From the NCBI GenBank assembly GCA_047150005.1, contig AP038806.1:1056001-1120000 (forward strand): a stretch of 64,000 nucleotides of DNA, written 5' to 3'. Below are positions 48,060 through 58,033 of this stretch, piece by piece. Position 1 is the first letter of the stretch. Every line of letters begins with the position of its first letter. The notes under the pieces were generated by a model. The model was not told the origin of the DNA, ran no database searches, and worked only from the letters and a program-made list of their open reading frames with translations. The position numbers were made by a program, and so were the translations under genes. Origin of the DNA: Nitrospira sp. GTDB taxonomy: Bacteria > Nitrospirota > Nitrospiria > Nitrospirales > Nitrospiraceae.

Positions 48060-49237
48060 GGAAGGTCTGATTTATTCACATTTCCACTCAGAAATTTGTT
48101 CCTGGGCTGATCAGCAGGACGAATCCGGTAGGCATCCGCTGGTCCGGGAGCCTGTTCATGGGGCGCACCCACCGTCCGATGGCTCGTTGCCAGTCTCCGG
48201 ACCCCCGTTCCCTACGTCTCCGCCAAAAGCCGTCGCCGCACCATGTACAGATTGGCCAAGCCGCAGCTGATCTGGAGCCAGTGGGTGTTCTTCGCCAACC
48301 CACGGTACCGGACTTTGGCCCAGCCGAAGATCCGCTTCATCACCAAGAACACATGTTCGACCTTCGCACGGACCTTCGACTTCGTCCGGTTCCTGGCCCG
48401 CTCCGGTTCACTCAGCGGCTGATGGCGATGGGCTTTCGTCTGCACGAAGCTCTTGGCCCTGGGGGCGTGGCGCTGCATCACGTCACGTTGCCCGCTATAA
48501 GCTGAGTCGCCCCACACCCGGGTCTCCTGCCCATGCAGCAGTTTGGGCAACACCTGACTGTCATGGATATTCGCCGCCGTGGCCGCGACCGAATGAATCA
48601 GCTTGGTGCGGCTGTCCACGCCAATATGGGCCTTCATGCCGAAGTACCACTGGTTTCCCTTCTTTGTCTGATGCATCTCCGGATCCCGCTCCTTCGTACG
48701 ATTCTTCGTCGAACTGGGGGCACTGATAATGGTGGCATCCACGATGGTGCCCCGGCTCACGGTCAAGCCCTGCGCCGCCAGATACGTGCCGATCCGCGCA
48801 AAGAGCTGTTTCCCCAACTCGTGGGCCTCCAAGAGATGCCGAAACTTGCAGATGGTCGTCTCGTCGGGCACGGGCTCACGGCCCAGATCAATGCCCACGA
48901 ACTGCCGCATGGCCCGCGAGTCGTACAACGCTTCCTCCACGGCGGGGTCCGACAGGTTGAACCATTGTTGCAGACAATGGAGGCGCAGCATGCGTTCGAT
49001 CCCGATCGGTGGACGCCCCGGGCCCTCGGCCTTGGGATAGACCGGCTCGATCACGGCCACCAACTCCGCCCACGGCACCACGCGATCCATCTCGTCGAGG
49101 AACCGCTCGCGGCGGGTGGGTTTGCGATACTGTTCGAACGTGCCCTCGGCAAAGGTCTGTTGCGGCATGGGGGTGCCTCCTCAGAAGTGAGGCGCCATCC
49201 TTAGCATATCTCGGAAGAGGAATAAATCAGACCTTCC
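48060..49237 (-). mobile_element. IS5-family insertion sequence (1178 bp)
   Basis: Perfect 18-bp IRs ggaaggtctgatttattc (48060-48077, 49220-49237); TTAG target duplication (48056-48059, 49238-49241). Confidence 0.95.
48212..49168 (-). CDS. IS5-family DDE transposase
   Basis: PDETTICKFRH, VDATII, KKGNQWYFGMKAHIGVD, GDSAY, RAKVEHVF. Confidence 0.95.
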   Translation of the reverse strand: MPQQTFAEGTFEQYRKPTRRERFLDEMDRVVPWAELVAVIEPVYPKAEGPGRPPIGIERMLRLHCLQQWFNLSDPAVEEALYDSRAMRQFVGIDLGREPVPDETTICKFRHLLEAHELGKQLFARIGTYLAAQGLTVSRGTIVDATIISAPSSTKNRTKERDPEMHQTKKGNQWYFGMKAHIGVDSRTKLIHSVAATAANIHDSQVLPKLLHGQETRVWGDSAYSGQRDVMQRHAPRAKSFVQTKAHRHQPLSEPERARNRTKSKVRAKVEHVFLVMKRIFGWAKVRYRGLAKNTHWLQISCGLANLYMVRRRLLAET

Positions 49238-49310
49238 TTAGTAGATAAGGGGACAGACACCGCGCAGGAAGGCGGGAAGGATGTCAGTCCCCTATGGTAG
49301 AATTTTGGGC

Positions 49311-49526
49311 ATGATCTGCCCCCTGTGCCGCCGGCCGACGACGTGGAAAGCCAACCCTTGGCGACCGTTCTGCTCGGAACGCTGTCAGCTCACCGACCTC
49401 GGCACCTGGGCCGCGGAAGAATACCGTGTGCCGGGACCGAGCTTGACGATGGAACTTCCATCAGAACCTTCCGGAGAATCGAGCCGGGAAGCCGGCCCAC
49501 AAGTCGGCAAAAATAAGCAGGCCTGA
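49311..49526 (+). CDS. yacG: DNA gyrase inhibitor YacG
   Basis: CPLC...[16 protein letters not shown]. Confidence 0.9.
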   Translation: MICPLCRRPTTWKANPWRPFCSERCQLTDLGTWAAEEYRVPGPSLTMELPSEPSGESSREAGPQVGKNKQA

Positions 49527-49635
49527 GTCGGATAGCCCCTGCGATCGGCGTTCCTTCCTGGAACTCTCACAGACTACCTCCGAATCCCTCTTCAATGACT
49601 GCGGTATCGGTGGTCCTCCGTTTCATGGCAGGCAA

Positions 49636-49871
49636 TTGACCGCGATCTTGCTCAAGTCTTTATCGGCTCCGCATGACTACCGCGCCTATGTGAATCTCCT
49701 CAAGACCGACTGGATCATGATCCTGGTCGGCGCCCCCGGACAGACCCACGCCCCTCGAACGAGTCCGACGTTAAAGTCATTCCGATCCAGCAGGTCAACG
49801 AGGCTTATGAAGGTGTGGTCAAGGGCGACGTGCAGTTCCGGTTCGTCATCGACTTGGCCTCGTTGCAATAG
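49636..49871 (+). pseudogene. Remnant of a Zn-dependent (cinnamyl-type/YahK-like) alcohol dehydrogenase
   Basis: SAPHDYRAYVNLLKTDWIMILVGAP, then in another frame DVKVIPIQQVNEAYEGVVKGDVQFRFVIDLASLQ*. Confidence 0.7.
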
Positions 49872-49957
49872 GCACGTCAGAGAACGAAGCGACGGCTGAA
49901 GAAAGCGGCAGAAGGACCAGGGTCAGCGTGGTACTGGGGGGTGACTGGGGGTATCGT

Positions 49958-51832
49958 CTAGAATTGGCCCATCGAAAAATCATCCACCGTGGCATGTGAC
50001 AAATCACCGCCTGTCTTCATCCACAGCAGGAGTCCGGCCCTGCCGCTGGTGAATTCGCCGTCCGTTGCGGACAGCAGCAGCGTCTCCGTGGTGGTGCCGG
50101 CGGGAAGGCGGTAAAGACGGAGCGATGTGCCTTGGGCTTCACAGCGGAGCTTGTCGCCCGCTGCCCACTCCACCGAAAAATCACTCGCCAGGTTGGTATC
50201 GCCCGCACCGCCCGGGTGATGGCTGACAATCGCCGCATTACGGGCCCCGTTGGCGCGTGCATAACACCAGTACCAGTCGACCGTGGGAGCAGGTTGTGCG
50301 CGCAAGATACAGCCGAGCTCTCGATCCTCCGAGCCGGTCCATGTTCCCAGCGTGACTTGGCACCACTGATCGCTGGGAGGCGCCACGGCGTTATAGGATT
50401 CCGCCGATTTGGGGTCGGCTAGATTGGTATCGATGGCCCGCACCTGTTGTGACACGATCATCGCTGGAACTTTGTCGGTGTAGCCGGATCCCCAGGCGCT
50501 GCCCAAGTCCGCACTGTCGGGGCGATTAAAGTTGTCTGCGGCGAGCGTCTGGCGGACCGTGCCCCCGTTGGTCACCGTGGTGATGATTACGCTGTCGGGA
50601 GCGCTGTTCTGCGTGCCATCGTTCACGACGAGTTGCACCGTATAGGTGCCGTCGCGATCGACCGTAAAGCTTGGGGCGGCGCTCGTTGGATTCGGCAAGT
50701 CCGCGCCGCTGCCGGCCGGCTTGCTGACCAGGGTCCAGTTGTAGGTGAGCGGATCACCGTTGGGGTCACTGCTCGCGCTGCCGTTCAGGGTGATGAGCGA
50801 TCCGAGAGCCTTGCCCGTCTGGTCGGGACCAGCCTTGGCCACCGGCGGTTCATTCACGGTAGTGATGTTCACGTTGTCGGGGGCGCTGTTCTGCGTGCCA
50901 TCGTTCACGACGAGTTGCACCGTATAGGTGCCGTCGCGATCGACCGTAAAGCTTGGAGAGGCGCTCGTTGGATTCGGCAAGTCCGCGCCGCTGCCGGCCG
51001 GCTTGCTGACCAGGGTCCAGTTGTAGGTGAGCGGATCACCGTTGGGATCACTGCTCGCGCTGCCGTTCAGGGTGATGAGCGATCCGAGAGCCTTGCCCGT
51101 CTGGTCGGAACCGGCATTGGCCACCGGGGGAACATTCGCGGTGGAGATCTTCACGGTATCGGGAGCGCTGTTCTGCCTGCCATCGTTCACGATGAGTTGT
51201 GCCGTATAGGTGCCGTCGCGATCGACCGTAAAGCTTGGGGCGGCGCTCGTCGGATTTGCCAAGTCCGCACCGCTGCCGGCCGGTTTGCTGAGGAGGGTCC
51301 AGCTGTAGGTGAGCGGATCACCGTTGGGGTCACTGCTCGTGCTGCCGTTCAGGGTGATGAGCGATCCCAGAGCCTTGACTCCCTGGTCGGGGCCGGCATT
51401 GGCCACCGGCGGCTCATTCATGGTGGAGATGTTCACGGTATCAGGGGCGCTGTTCTGCACGCCATTGTTGACGACGAGTTGTGCCTTGTAGATGCCGTCG
51501 CGATCGACCGTAAAGCTAGGGGAGACGCTCGTCGGATTCGCCAAGTCCGCACCGCTGCCGGCCGGCTTACTGACCAGGGTCCAGTTGTAGGCAAGCGAAT
51601 GACCAAGAGGGTCGGTACTGGCGCTGCCGTTCAGGGTGATGGGGCTGCCGGCAGGGATATTCACAAGGTTCGGGCCCGCGTTGGCGATTGGTGCGGTACC
51701 GGCTGGTGCGTCAGCGGGAGGAGCAGAAACATTGCCGCCCTCGCCGCAAGCGGTAAGACCAACGGTCGATGCGAAAAAAAACAGGACAGCGCGCACGATG
51801 TCTGCAGCGGGTCTCGGATCGCGGTTCAACAT
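49958..51832 (-). CDS. Lipoprotein with four tandem PKD/Ig-like repeats and a C-terminal beta-sandwich domain
   Basis: Lipobox LTAC; PxAxAGP...LNGS.S.DP.G..L.Y.W repeats at 282-bp period. Confidence 0.85.
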   Translation of the reverse strand: MLNRDPRPAADIVRAVLFFFASTVGLTACGEGGNVSAPPADAPAGTAPIANAGPNLVNIPAGSPITLNGSASTDPLGHSLAYNWTLVSKPAGSGADLANPTSVSPSFTVDRDGIYKAQLVVNNGVQNSAPDTVNISTMNEPPVANAGPDQGVKALGSLITLNGSTSSDPNGDPLTYSWTLLSKPAGSGADLANPTSAAPSFTVDRDGTYTAQLIVNDGRQNSAPDTVKISTANVPPVANAGSDQTGKALGSLITLNGSASSDPNGDPLTYNWTLVSKPAGSGADLPNPTSASPSFTVDRDGTYTVQLVVNDGTQNSAPDNVNITTVNEPPVAKAGPDQTGKALGSLITLNGSASSDPNGDPLTYNWTLVSKPAGSGADLPNPTSAAPSFTVDRDGTYTVQLVVNDGTQNSAPDSVIITTVTNGGTVRQTLAADNFNRPDSADLGSAWGSGYTDKVPAMIVSQQVRAIDTNLADPKSAESYNAVAPPSDQWCQVTLGTWTGSEDRELGCILRAQPAPTVDWYWCYARANGARNAAIVSHHPGGAGDTNLASDFSVEWAAGDKLRCEAQGTSLRLYRLPAGTTTETLLLSATDGEFTSGRAGLLLWMKTGGDLSHATVDDFSMGQF

Positions 51833-52226
51833 GCTTTCTCAGTACTGGTTGATCATGAAGATCGGCTGGGGCATGAGCAAATCATGTGCCATGGCGTTGC
51901 GTGGCAAGTAAGTGACTTCTTTTTAGTGATTTAGTTTAATCAGAAGGGGCTGCACGAAGTGTTGAGATTGTAGAAACTGAATGGGAAACCATACCAATTC
52001 GCTGGTGGGTTGTAAGTAATTGATTTATTCACATATTTTGAATGAAGGCGCGGCTGGCCGGATTGCCGACTTCGTCAGATGTGAAGGGATAACCATACAA
52101 TTCTCGGTTGCTCAGGTCGCGTTCTATTGTCGAGGAGAGCGAAGGAGTGACCTAGTCGTAAAGGTTGGAACCCATCCAGATTTGAGGATGTCGGCAAGAT
52201 GATATTGAGCTACTGCAAATGAAAAG

Positions 52227-52300
52227 TGGCTGGGGGACTAGGAATCGAACCTAGGTAGCCGGCTCCAAAGGCCGGCGTCCTACCGCTAGACGATCCCCCA
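52227..52300 (-). tRNA. tRNA-Gln(TTG)
   Basis: TGGGGGATCGTCTAGCGGTAGGACG-CCGGC-CTTTGGA-GCCGG...GGTTCGATTCC...CCCCCAGCCA. Confidence 0.96.
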
Positions 52301-52351
52301 GCGCGGCATGAGACTCCACGATAGCAGATGAGACGTGAGAAAAAAGAATAT

Positions 52352-52425
52352 TGGCTGGGGGACTAGGAATCGAACCTAGGTAGTCAGATCCAGAGACTGA
52401 CGTCCTACCGCTAGACGATCCCCCA
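52352..52425 (-). tRNA. tRNA-Gln(CTG)
   Basis: Same body; anticodon arm TCAGT-CTCTGGA-TCTGA. Confidence 0.95.
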
Positions 52426-52589
52426 ACCGGCATTCACAGTAATATAAGGGTCCTGATTCCGTCAAGCCAACCCATGCCGCCTCGTGCACCGGTGCCGGAC
52501 GCGAAGTCCCACCGGAACTCGCGCAGATTCTCAATCCTATGTCTTGATCAGTGTGCGGGTAGAGGTGGCGGAGACTGTCGAGCCCTTGC

Positions 52590-54005
52590 TCAAGCAGCCT
52601 GGACCCGTTCAAGCGCCTTGCGCAATCTCAAGAGGGTCCGCTCCCGGCCGAGCACCTCCATCACCTCAAAGAGGCCCGGACTCGCAGTACGGCCGGTGAG
52701 CGCGACACGGACTGGCTGTGCCAGTTGTCCCATCTTCCACCCTTCCTCTTCGACCAACTTCTTGAAGGTTTCCTCCCATTCCGGCTTCGAGTAGGTCGGC
52801 AACGCCTCGAACCGCGCCAACAGCTTTGTCAGAACCGGAGCGGCGGCCGGCGTCAGGAATTTTTTCGCGGCCTCCTCATCGAACGGGACCGTTTCACCGA
52901 AATAGGGCGTGACCCACATCACCATATCGGCCAGTGTCTTTACCCGTTCCTTGACCAGCACGACAACCTGGGCCAGCCATTCCTTCGACACCGAGCGAAC
53001 CTGTTCCGTCAATCCCGCCGACTCCAGTAGAGGAACCAGGGCGTCGGCGACCCGTTCCGGCCGGCTGGTCCGGATATATTCGGCATTCAACCACTGAAGC
53101 TTCTCCGGACTGAAGACCGCGGCCGACTTCTGCACGTGGTCCCAGGAGAACTTCTCGATCAGTTCCTGTCTCGTAAAAATCTCCTGATCGCCATGAGACC
53201 ATCCGAGTCGAACCAGATAATTCACCATGGCTTCGGGCAGGTACCCCATATCCTTATAGGCCATAATCGACGTCGCCCCATGTCGCTTCGAGAGGCGGGC
53301 CTTGTCCGCCCCCAGAATCATCGGCAAGTGGCCGAACCGGGGAACCGGGAAACCAAGGGCCTCGAAGATCGGTACTTGGCGCGGGGTATTGGTCAGGTGG
53401 TCGTCCCCGCGTACGACATGGGTGATCCCCATCAACGCATCGTCGATGACGACGGAGAAATTATACGTCGGATAGCCGTTCGACCTGAGGATGATGAGAT
53501 CATCCAATACCGAGTTGTCGAACACCACCTTCCCCTTGATCAGATCGTCGACGACCGTTTGGCCGTCCTGCGGCGCCTTGAACCGGAGCGCGGCCTCTCC
53601 GGTAGGATGGGCGATACCGAGGTTGCGGCAGCGACCGTCATAGCGCGGCGAGAGTCCCTTCGTCTCGGCTTCCCGTCGACGCGTCTCCAACTCCTCGGGC
53701 TTGCATACGCACCAATAGGCGCGCCCCCGCTCAAACAGGGTCATGGCATGATGGCGATAGAGGTCCATGCGCTGGGTCTGGCGAAAGGGCCCCTCATCCC
53801 AATCCAGTCCGACCCATTTCATCCCTTCGATGATCGCTGCGATCGATTCCTCCGTCGACCGGCCTTGATCCGTATCTTCGATTCGAAGAACAAATACTCC
53901 GCTCTGCTGGCGGGCGAAGAGCCAATTGAAGAGTGCCGTCCGGACCCCGCCGATATGGAGAAACCCGGTGGGACTCGGTGCGAATCGGACACGAACCTGG
54001 GACAT
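52590..54005 (-). CDS. gltX: Glutamate--tRNA ligase
   Basis: RFAPSPTGFLHIGG, RIEDTD, RGDDH, LSKRHG. Confidence 0.96.
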   Translation of the reverse strand: MSQVRVRFAPSPTGFLHIGGVRTALFNWLFARQQSGVFVLRIEDTDQGRSTEESIAAIIEGMKWVGLDWDEGPFRQTQRMDLYRHHAMTLFERGRAYWCVCKPEELETRRREAETKGLSPRYDGRCRNLGIAHPTGEAALRFKAPQDGQTVVDDLIKGKVVFDNSVLDDLIILRSNGYPTYNFSVVIDDALMGITHVVRGDDHLTNTPRQVPIFEALGFPVPRFGHLPMILGADKARLSKRHGATSIMAYKDMGYLPEAMVNYLVRLGWSHGDQEIFTRQELIEKFSWDHVQKSAAVFSPEKLQWLNAEYIRTSRPERVADALVPLLESAGLTEQVRSVSKEWLAQVVVLVKERVKTLADMVMWVTPYFGETVPFDEEAAKKFLTPAAAPVLTKLLARFEALPTYSKPEWEETFKKLVEEEGWKMGQLAQPVRVALTGRTASPGLFEVMEVLGRERTLLRLRKALERVQAA

Positions 54006-54132
54006 AGCTTACCTTTGCGACATCGTCATGACGGGGGGCGTATCTATAACATGGGCTGAAAAGTCTTGTACAGCAACGCGCTCGTGATGCACCCTTTCTT
54101 CCGGCGCCCCCTTCTGATATGAATCGAATCGT

Positions 54133-54837
54133 ATGGCGGAATTTATCCAGTGGGCCACGCTGCTGTCCGTCACGGATCTCACACCGCACGTTCGGCAACT
54201 GGTGCTGCTCCCGAAGGAGCGTCCGCTCTCGTTTCGCCCCGGTCAATGGGTCTCGCTCAAACTGCCGGTCGGCCCGAATCCTCCGCTCAACCGAGCGTAC
54301 TCGATGGCGGCGCCGGGTACGGCTTCGGGCGAACTCACGCTGATATTGGATCGGGTCGTCGGAGGGCTGGGATCCGGCTATCTCTACGAACTGAGTCCAG
54401 GCAACGACGTCGAATTATCCGGCCCCTACGGCAACTTTACGCTTCCTCCCCGACTCGACCACGAACTCCTGCTTATCGGTCGCTTTACGGGCCTGGTCCC
54501 CATCCGTTGCATGCTGAAACAGATGTACTCGCAGCAGCGAACGGAATCCGTCCTGCTGATCGCGGTCGCTCCGGACGAGGACGATCTATTGTTTCATCAC
54601 GAGTTCTTGACCTTGGCCGTCCACCATCCTGGCTTCCGCTATCTGCCGCTAGTCGCCGCCGCTGGAGAGCAGCAGGGAGTCGATCTGGTGCTTTCCATGC
54701 TGCGCCCGTTGATGAGCGGCGGCCCCAAAATGCTGCCGATGCTGTGCGGAACAAAACACTTCGTGCGGCCGCTTCGGGCCTACTTCCTCGAGGCGGGGTA
54801 TGGACGGAAGGAAGTCAAAAACGAAACGTACGACTGA
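54133..54837 (+). CDS. FAD/NAD(P)-binding oxidoreductase (ferredoxin reductase-like)
   Basis: FRPGQW, RAYSMA, GLGSGYL, GPYGNF, LCG, terminal ETY. Confidence 0.82.
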   Translation: MAEFIQWATLLSVTDLTPHVRQLVLLPKERPLSFRPGQWVSLKLPVGPNPPLNRAYSMAAPGTASGELTLILDRVVGGLGSGYLYELSPGNDVELSGPYGNFTLPPRLDHELLLIGRFTGLVPIRCMLKQMYSQQRTESVLLIAVAPDEDDLLFHHEFLTLAVHHPGFRYLPLVAAAGEQQGVDLVLSMLRPLMSGGPKMLPMLCGTKHFVRPLRAYFLEAGYGRKEVKNETYD

Positions 54838-54893
54838 ACGCGTGGGACCGGTGCATTACTGCAAGCCGGGCCGGTCGGAACCGCTCCTCCGAT

Positions 54894-55310
54894 TCAATGA
54901 CCTTCCTTAACCAAGTTCTTATTCACGGCGGGAATCTCCACCACGATATCCTTGGTTCCATTGGGCACGCACTGGCAACCAAGGCGTGATTGAAGGGTCG
55001 TCATCGGCGCCTCGTCGAGCTGATCGAATTCATCGTCCGTACCTTCATTGCAACTCTCCAAACCTTGCTTGACGATCACATGGCAGGTAGAACAGGCACA
55101 GACTCCTCCGCAGACGTGCTCTAATTCGATTCCGTGCCCCATCGCGATATCAAGGAGACTGCCCGGCAGTCCGGTCACCCCATAAGGGATCTTATTTGGA
55201 TCCACCTGAACCTTGGTGACCGCGCCGTTGGGTGCCACAAAGGTGACGCTATACGGACGCGTCGGTAACTCGACGTCGCTTTTCTCAATATAAGGGTTCG
55301 TGCCTCCCAT
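54894..55310 (-). CDS. fdx: [2Fe-2S] ferredoxin, ISC-type
   Basis: HVCGGVCACSTCHV...SRLGCQ. Confidence 0.88.
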   Translation of the reverse strand: MGGTNPYIEKSDVELPTRPYSVTFVAPNGAVTKVQVDPNKIPYGVTGLPGSLLDIAMGHGIELEHVCGGVCACSTCHVIVKQGLESCNEGTDDEFDQLDEAPMTTLQSRLGCQCVPNGTKDIVVEIPAVNKNLVKEGH

Positions 55311-55366
55311 TTGATCGCGTTCCTTTCTTCCGCTCGAGCGAGGTATTGGAGCCAGCCCTACCGCAG

Positions 55367-55454
55367 TTGACAGTCTCGAAGAGCCCGTGCTATCGTTAGT
55401 CCGACCTTTCAGATCGGAGATCATTATAGTCTCCGATCAATCCGATCGGCAATA
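55367..55454 (+). promoter_or_regulatory. isc promoter with two IscR-like palindromic boxes
   Basis: TTGACA-N18-TATCGT; CCGACC-N5-GATCGG (55401-55417) and CCGATC-N5-GATCGG (55433-55449). Confidence 0.6.
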
Positions 55455-55457
55455 GCC

Positions 55458-55928
55458 ATGTTGAAGATTTCAAAGAAAGCTGATTATGCCCTGATGGCTC
55501 TTCAGCACATTGCGTCGGTCCAGTTCGGCGATCTCACCCCTGGACGCGTCGTCAATACAAAGGAGATCGCTGAGGAATACCATATCCCTCTTGAGCTGCT
55601 GGCGAAAGTGCTGCAAACCCTGGCCAAGAACGGCATGATCGAAAGCCATAACGGCCCTAAGGGAGGCTACGTGTTGGGGCGAAGCGCCGGCCAGATTACG
55701 ATCGCGCAGATTCTTGAAAGCATTGAAGGCCCCCTGGGTATTACCGACTGTTCCCACGAGAAGGATGGCGATATCTGCTCCCAGCTGGAGCACTGCAATA
55801 TCCGCACGCCATTATTGAAGGTGCAAGACAGCATTTATCAGTTGCTCAACAGCATGACGCTCCAGGACATGCTGAGCGGCACACCACTTATTACTATTCA
55901 GTCATCCACGGCGCAAGGAGTCCAATAA
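55458..55928 (+). CDS. iscR: Rrf2-family regulator (IscR-like)
   Basis: GPKGGYVL; three Cys (C-X8-C-X5-C); first gene of the isc operon. Confidence 0.82.
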   Translation: MLKISKKADYALMALQHIASVQFGDLTPGRVVNTKEIAEEYHIPLELLAKVLQTLAKNGMIESHNGPKGGYVLGRSAGQITIAQILESIEGPLGITDCSHEKDGDICSQLEHCNIRTPLLKVQDSIYQLLNSMTLQDMLSGTPLITIQSSTAQGVQ

Positions 55929-55936
55929 GGAGTCGA

Positions 55937-57157
55937 ATGATGAAACTTCCGATTTTCCTCGATAACCATAGCACCACTCCCATGGATCCGCGCGTGCTGG
56001 AATCCATGCTCCCATACTTCACTGAAAAGTTCGGCAATGCGGCCAGCCGCAATCATGCCTTCGGATGGGCGGCCGAAGAAGCGGTCGACAATGCCCGGAA
56101 GCAGATCGCCAAGCTGATCAAAGCCGACGCGAAGGAGATCGTCTTCACCAGCGGCGCCACCGAATCCGATAATTTGGCGATCAAAGGCGTGCTCGAGATG
56201 TACAAGGAGAAGGGCACGCACATCATCACCGCCTTGACCGAGCACCGTGCCGTGCTCGATACGGCCAAGGCGCTGGAGGCAAAGGGCCTGGCCACCGTGA
56301 CGCTGTTGCCGGTCGACAAGCAGGGCATGGTCAATCCGGAGGACGTGCGCAACGCCATCACCGATAAAACCATTCTGATCTCCGTGATGCTGGCCAACAA
56401 TGAAATCGGAACGATCAACCCGATCAAGCAGATCGGGAAGATCGCCAAAGAAAAGGGCATCCTTTTCCACTGTGACGCCACGCAAGGCGTCGGCAAGATT
56501 CAGGTGGACGTGCAGGACATGGGCATCGACCTCATGTCCTTTTCGGCCCACAAGATCTACGGCCCCAAAGGTGTGGGGGCCCTCTACGTGCGCAAGAAAA
56601 ACCCCCGGGTCAGGATTGCCGCCCAAATGGACGGCGGTGGGCACGAGCGGGGTATGCGCTCGGGAACGCTGGCGGTACCGTTGATCGTCGGATTCGGCAA
56701 GGCTTGCGAGATTTGCGAACAGGAGATGGCGGCGGAAACCGAGCGGCTGACCAAGATGCGGGATCGGCTCCAGAGCGCCATCATGGGAGCCCTCGAAGAG
56801 ACCTATCTCAACGGTCACCCGACCAATCGACTGCCGGGGAACTTGAACATTTCTTTCGCCTACGTCGAAGGAGAATCGTTGTTGATGGGCATGAAGGATA
56901 TCGCGCTCTCGTCCGGCTCCGCCTGCACATCGGCGACCCTGGAGCCGTCCTATGTGTTGCGGGCGCTGGGCGTCGGAACGGAACTGGCCCACTCCTCGAT
57001 CCGATTCGGTCTAGGTCGGTTCAACACCGAAGAGGAGATTGACTATACGATTAAGAAGGTTATCGAGGTAGTGACCAAGCTTCGAGAGATGTCACCGCTC
57101 TATGAAATGGCCAAAGACGGCGTCGACTTGAAAACGGTTCAATGGGCGGCTCATTAA
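55937..57157 (+). CDS. iscS: Cysteine desulfurase
   Basis: [26 protein letters not shown]. Confidence 0.96.
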   Translation: MMKLPIFLDNHSTTPMDPRVLESMLPYFTEKFGNAASRNHAFGWAAEEAVDNARKQIAKLIKADAKEIVFTSGATESDNLAIKGVLEMYKEKGTHIITALTEHRAVLDTAKALEAKGLATVTLLPVDKQGMVNPEDVRNAITDKTILISVMLANNEIGTINPIKQIGKIAKEKGILFHCDATQGVGKIQVDVQDMGIDLMSFSAHKIYGPKGVGALYVRKKNPRVRIAAQMDGGGHERGMRSGTLAVPLIVGFGKACEICEQEMAAETERLTKMRDRLQSAIMGALEETYLNGHPTNRLPGNLNISFAYVEGESLLMGMKDIALSSGSACTSATLEPSYVLRALGVGTELAHSSIRFGLGRFNTEEEIDYTIKKVIEVVTKLREMSPLYEMAKDGVDLKTVQWAAH

Positions 57158-57202
57158 CGACAATTCTTAAACCGGAACGTCGAAACTTCACGGAGGCGGA
57201 CC

Positions 57203-57586
57203 ATGGCATACAGCGATAAAGTAGTGGATCACTTCAATAATCCCCGGAACATGGGGAGTTTCAAGAAGGATGAGGACGGCGTCGGGACTGGAATGGTCGG
57301 AGCCCCGGAGTGCGGCGACGTCATGAAGCTCCAGATCAAGGTGCAGGATGATACGATCGTCGACGCCAAGTTCAAGACGTTCGGCTGTGGCTCCGCCATT
57401 GCCAGCTCAAGCCTGGCGACGGAATGGCTGAAGGGCAAGACGCTCGAAGAAGCGCAAAAGATCAAGAACACCGACATCGTGCAGGAACTCAATCTTCCGC
57501 CCGTCAAAATCCATTGTTCCGTCCTGGCGGAAGACGCGATCAAAGCGGCCTTGGCCGACTATCACAAGAAGTCGGAAACCAAGTAA
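57203..57586 (+). CDS. iscU: Fe-S scaffold
   Basis: APECGD, GCGSAIASS, LPPVKIHCS. Confidence 0.96.
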   Translation: MAYSDKVVDHFNNPRNMGSFKKDEDGVGTGMVGAPECGDVMKLQIKVQDDTIVDAKFKTFGCGSAIASSSLATEWLKGKTLEEAQKIKNTDIVQELNLPPVKIHCSVLAEDAIKAALADYHKKSETK

Positions 57587-57613
57587 GCCGGCACGAGAAA
57601 GGGGACGCTCGAT

Positions 57614-57967
57614 ATGAACGAGGACACGGCAACCCAGACTCCGGTCATCAGCCTCACTGACGCCGCATTGAATGAGGTCAAGCGGCTTATCAACGTTCAG
57701 GGCATCACGGAAGGCGGGTTACGCCTGGGGGTGAAAGGTGGCGGCTGCTCGGGCCTGAGTTACACGATCAATTTCGACGAAAAGATCGGGCAATACGACC
57801 AGGTTTATGATTTCGAAGGGGTCAAGGTCATCGTCGACGCGAAGAGCGCCATTTATCTGCAGGGCACCCAGCTGGATTACCAGAAGGATCTGATGGGCGG
57901 CTCGTTTAAGTTCGTCAATCCGAACGCCAATAAGACGTGCGGCTGCGGAGAGTCCTTCTCGGCCTAA
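57614..57967 (+). CDS. iscA: A-type Fe-S carrier
   Basis: GGCSG, CGCGESF. Confidence 0.92.
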   Translation: MNEDTATQTPVISLTDAALNEVKRLINVQGITEGGLRLGVKGGGCSGLSYTINFDEKIGQYDQVYDFEGVKVIVDAKSAIYLQGTQLDYQKDLMGGSFKFVNPNANKTCGCGESFSA

Positions 57968-58033
57968 GGCGGCCGTTACAAGAGTGATAGCCGTTGGAGC
58001 GGGCATGGCGAGATGCCATGCCCGTTTTTGCTC

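Noticed and set aside
49928..49955. att repeat of tRNA-Gln bounding the lipoprotein region
   Set aside because: Only G-run similarity (ctggggg), no real match to the tRNA 3' end
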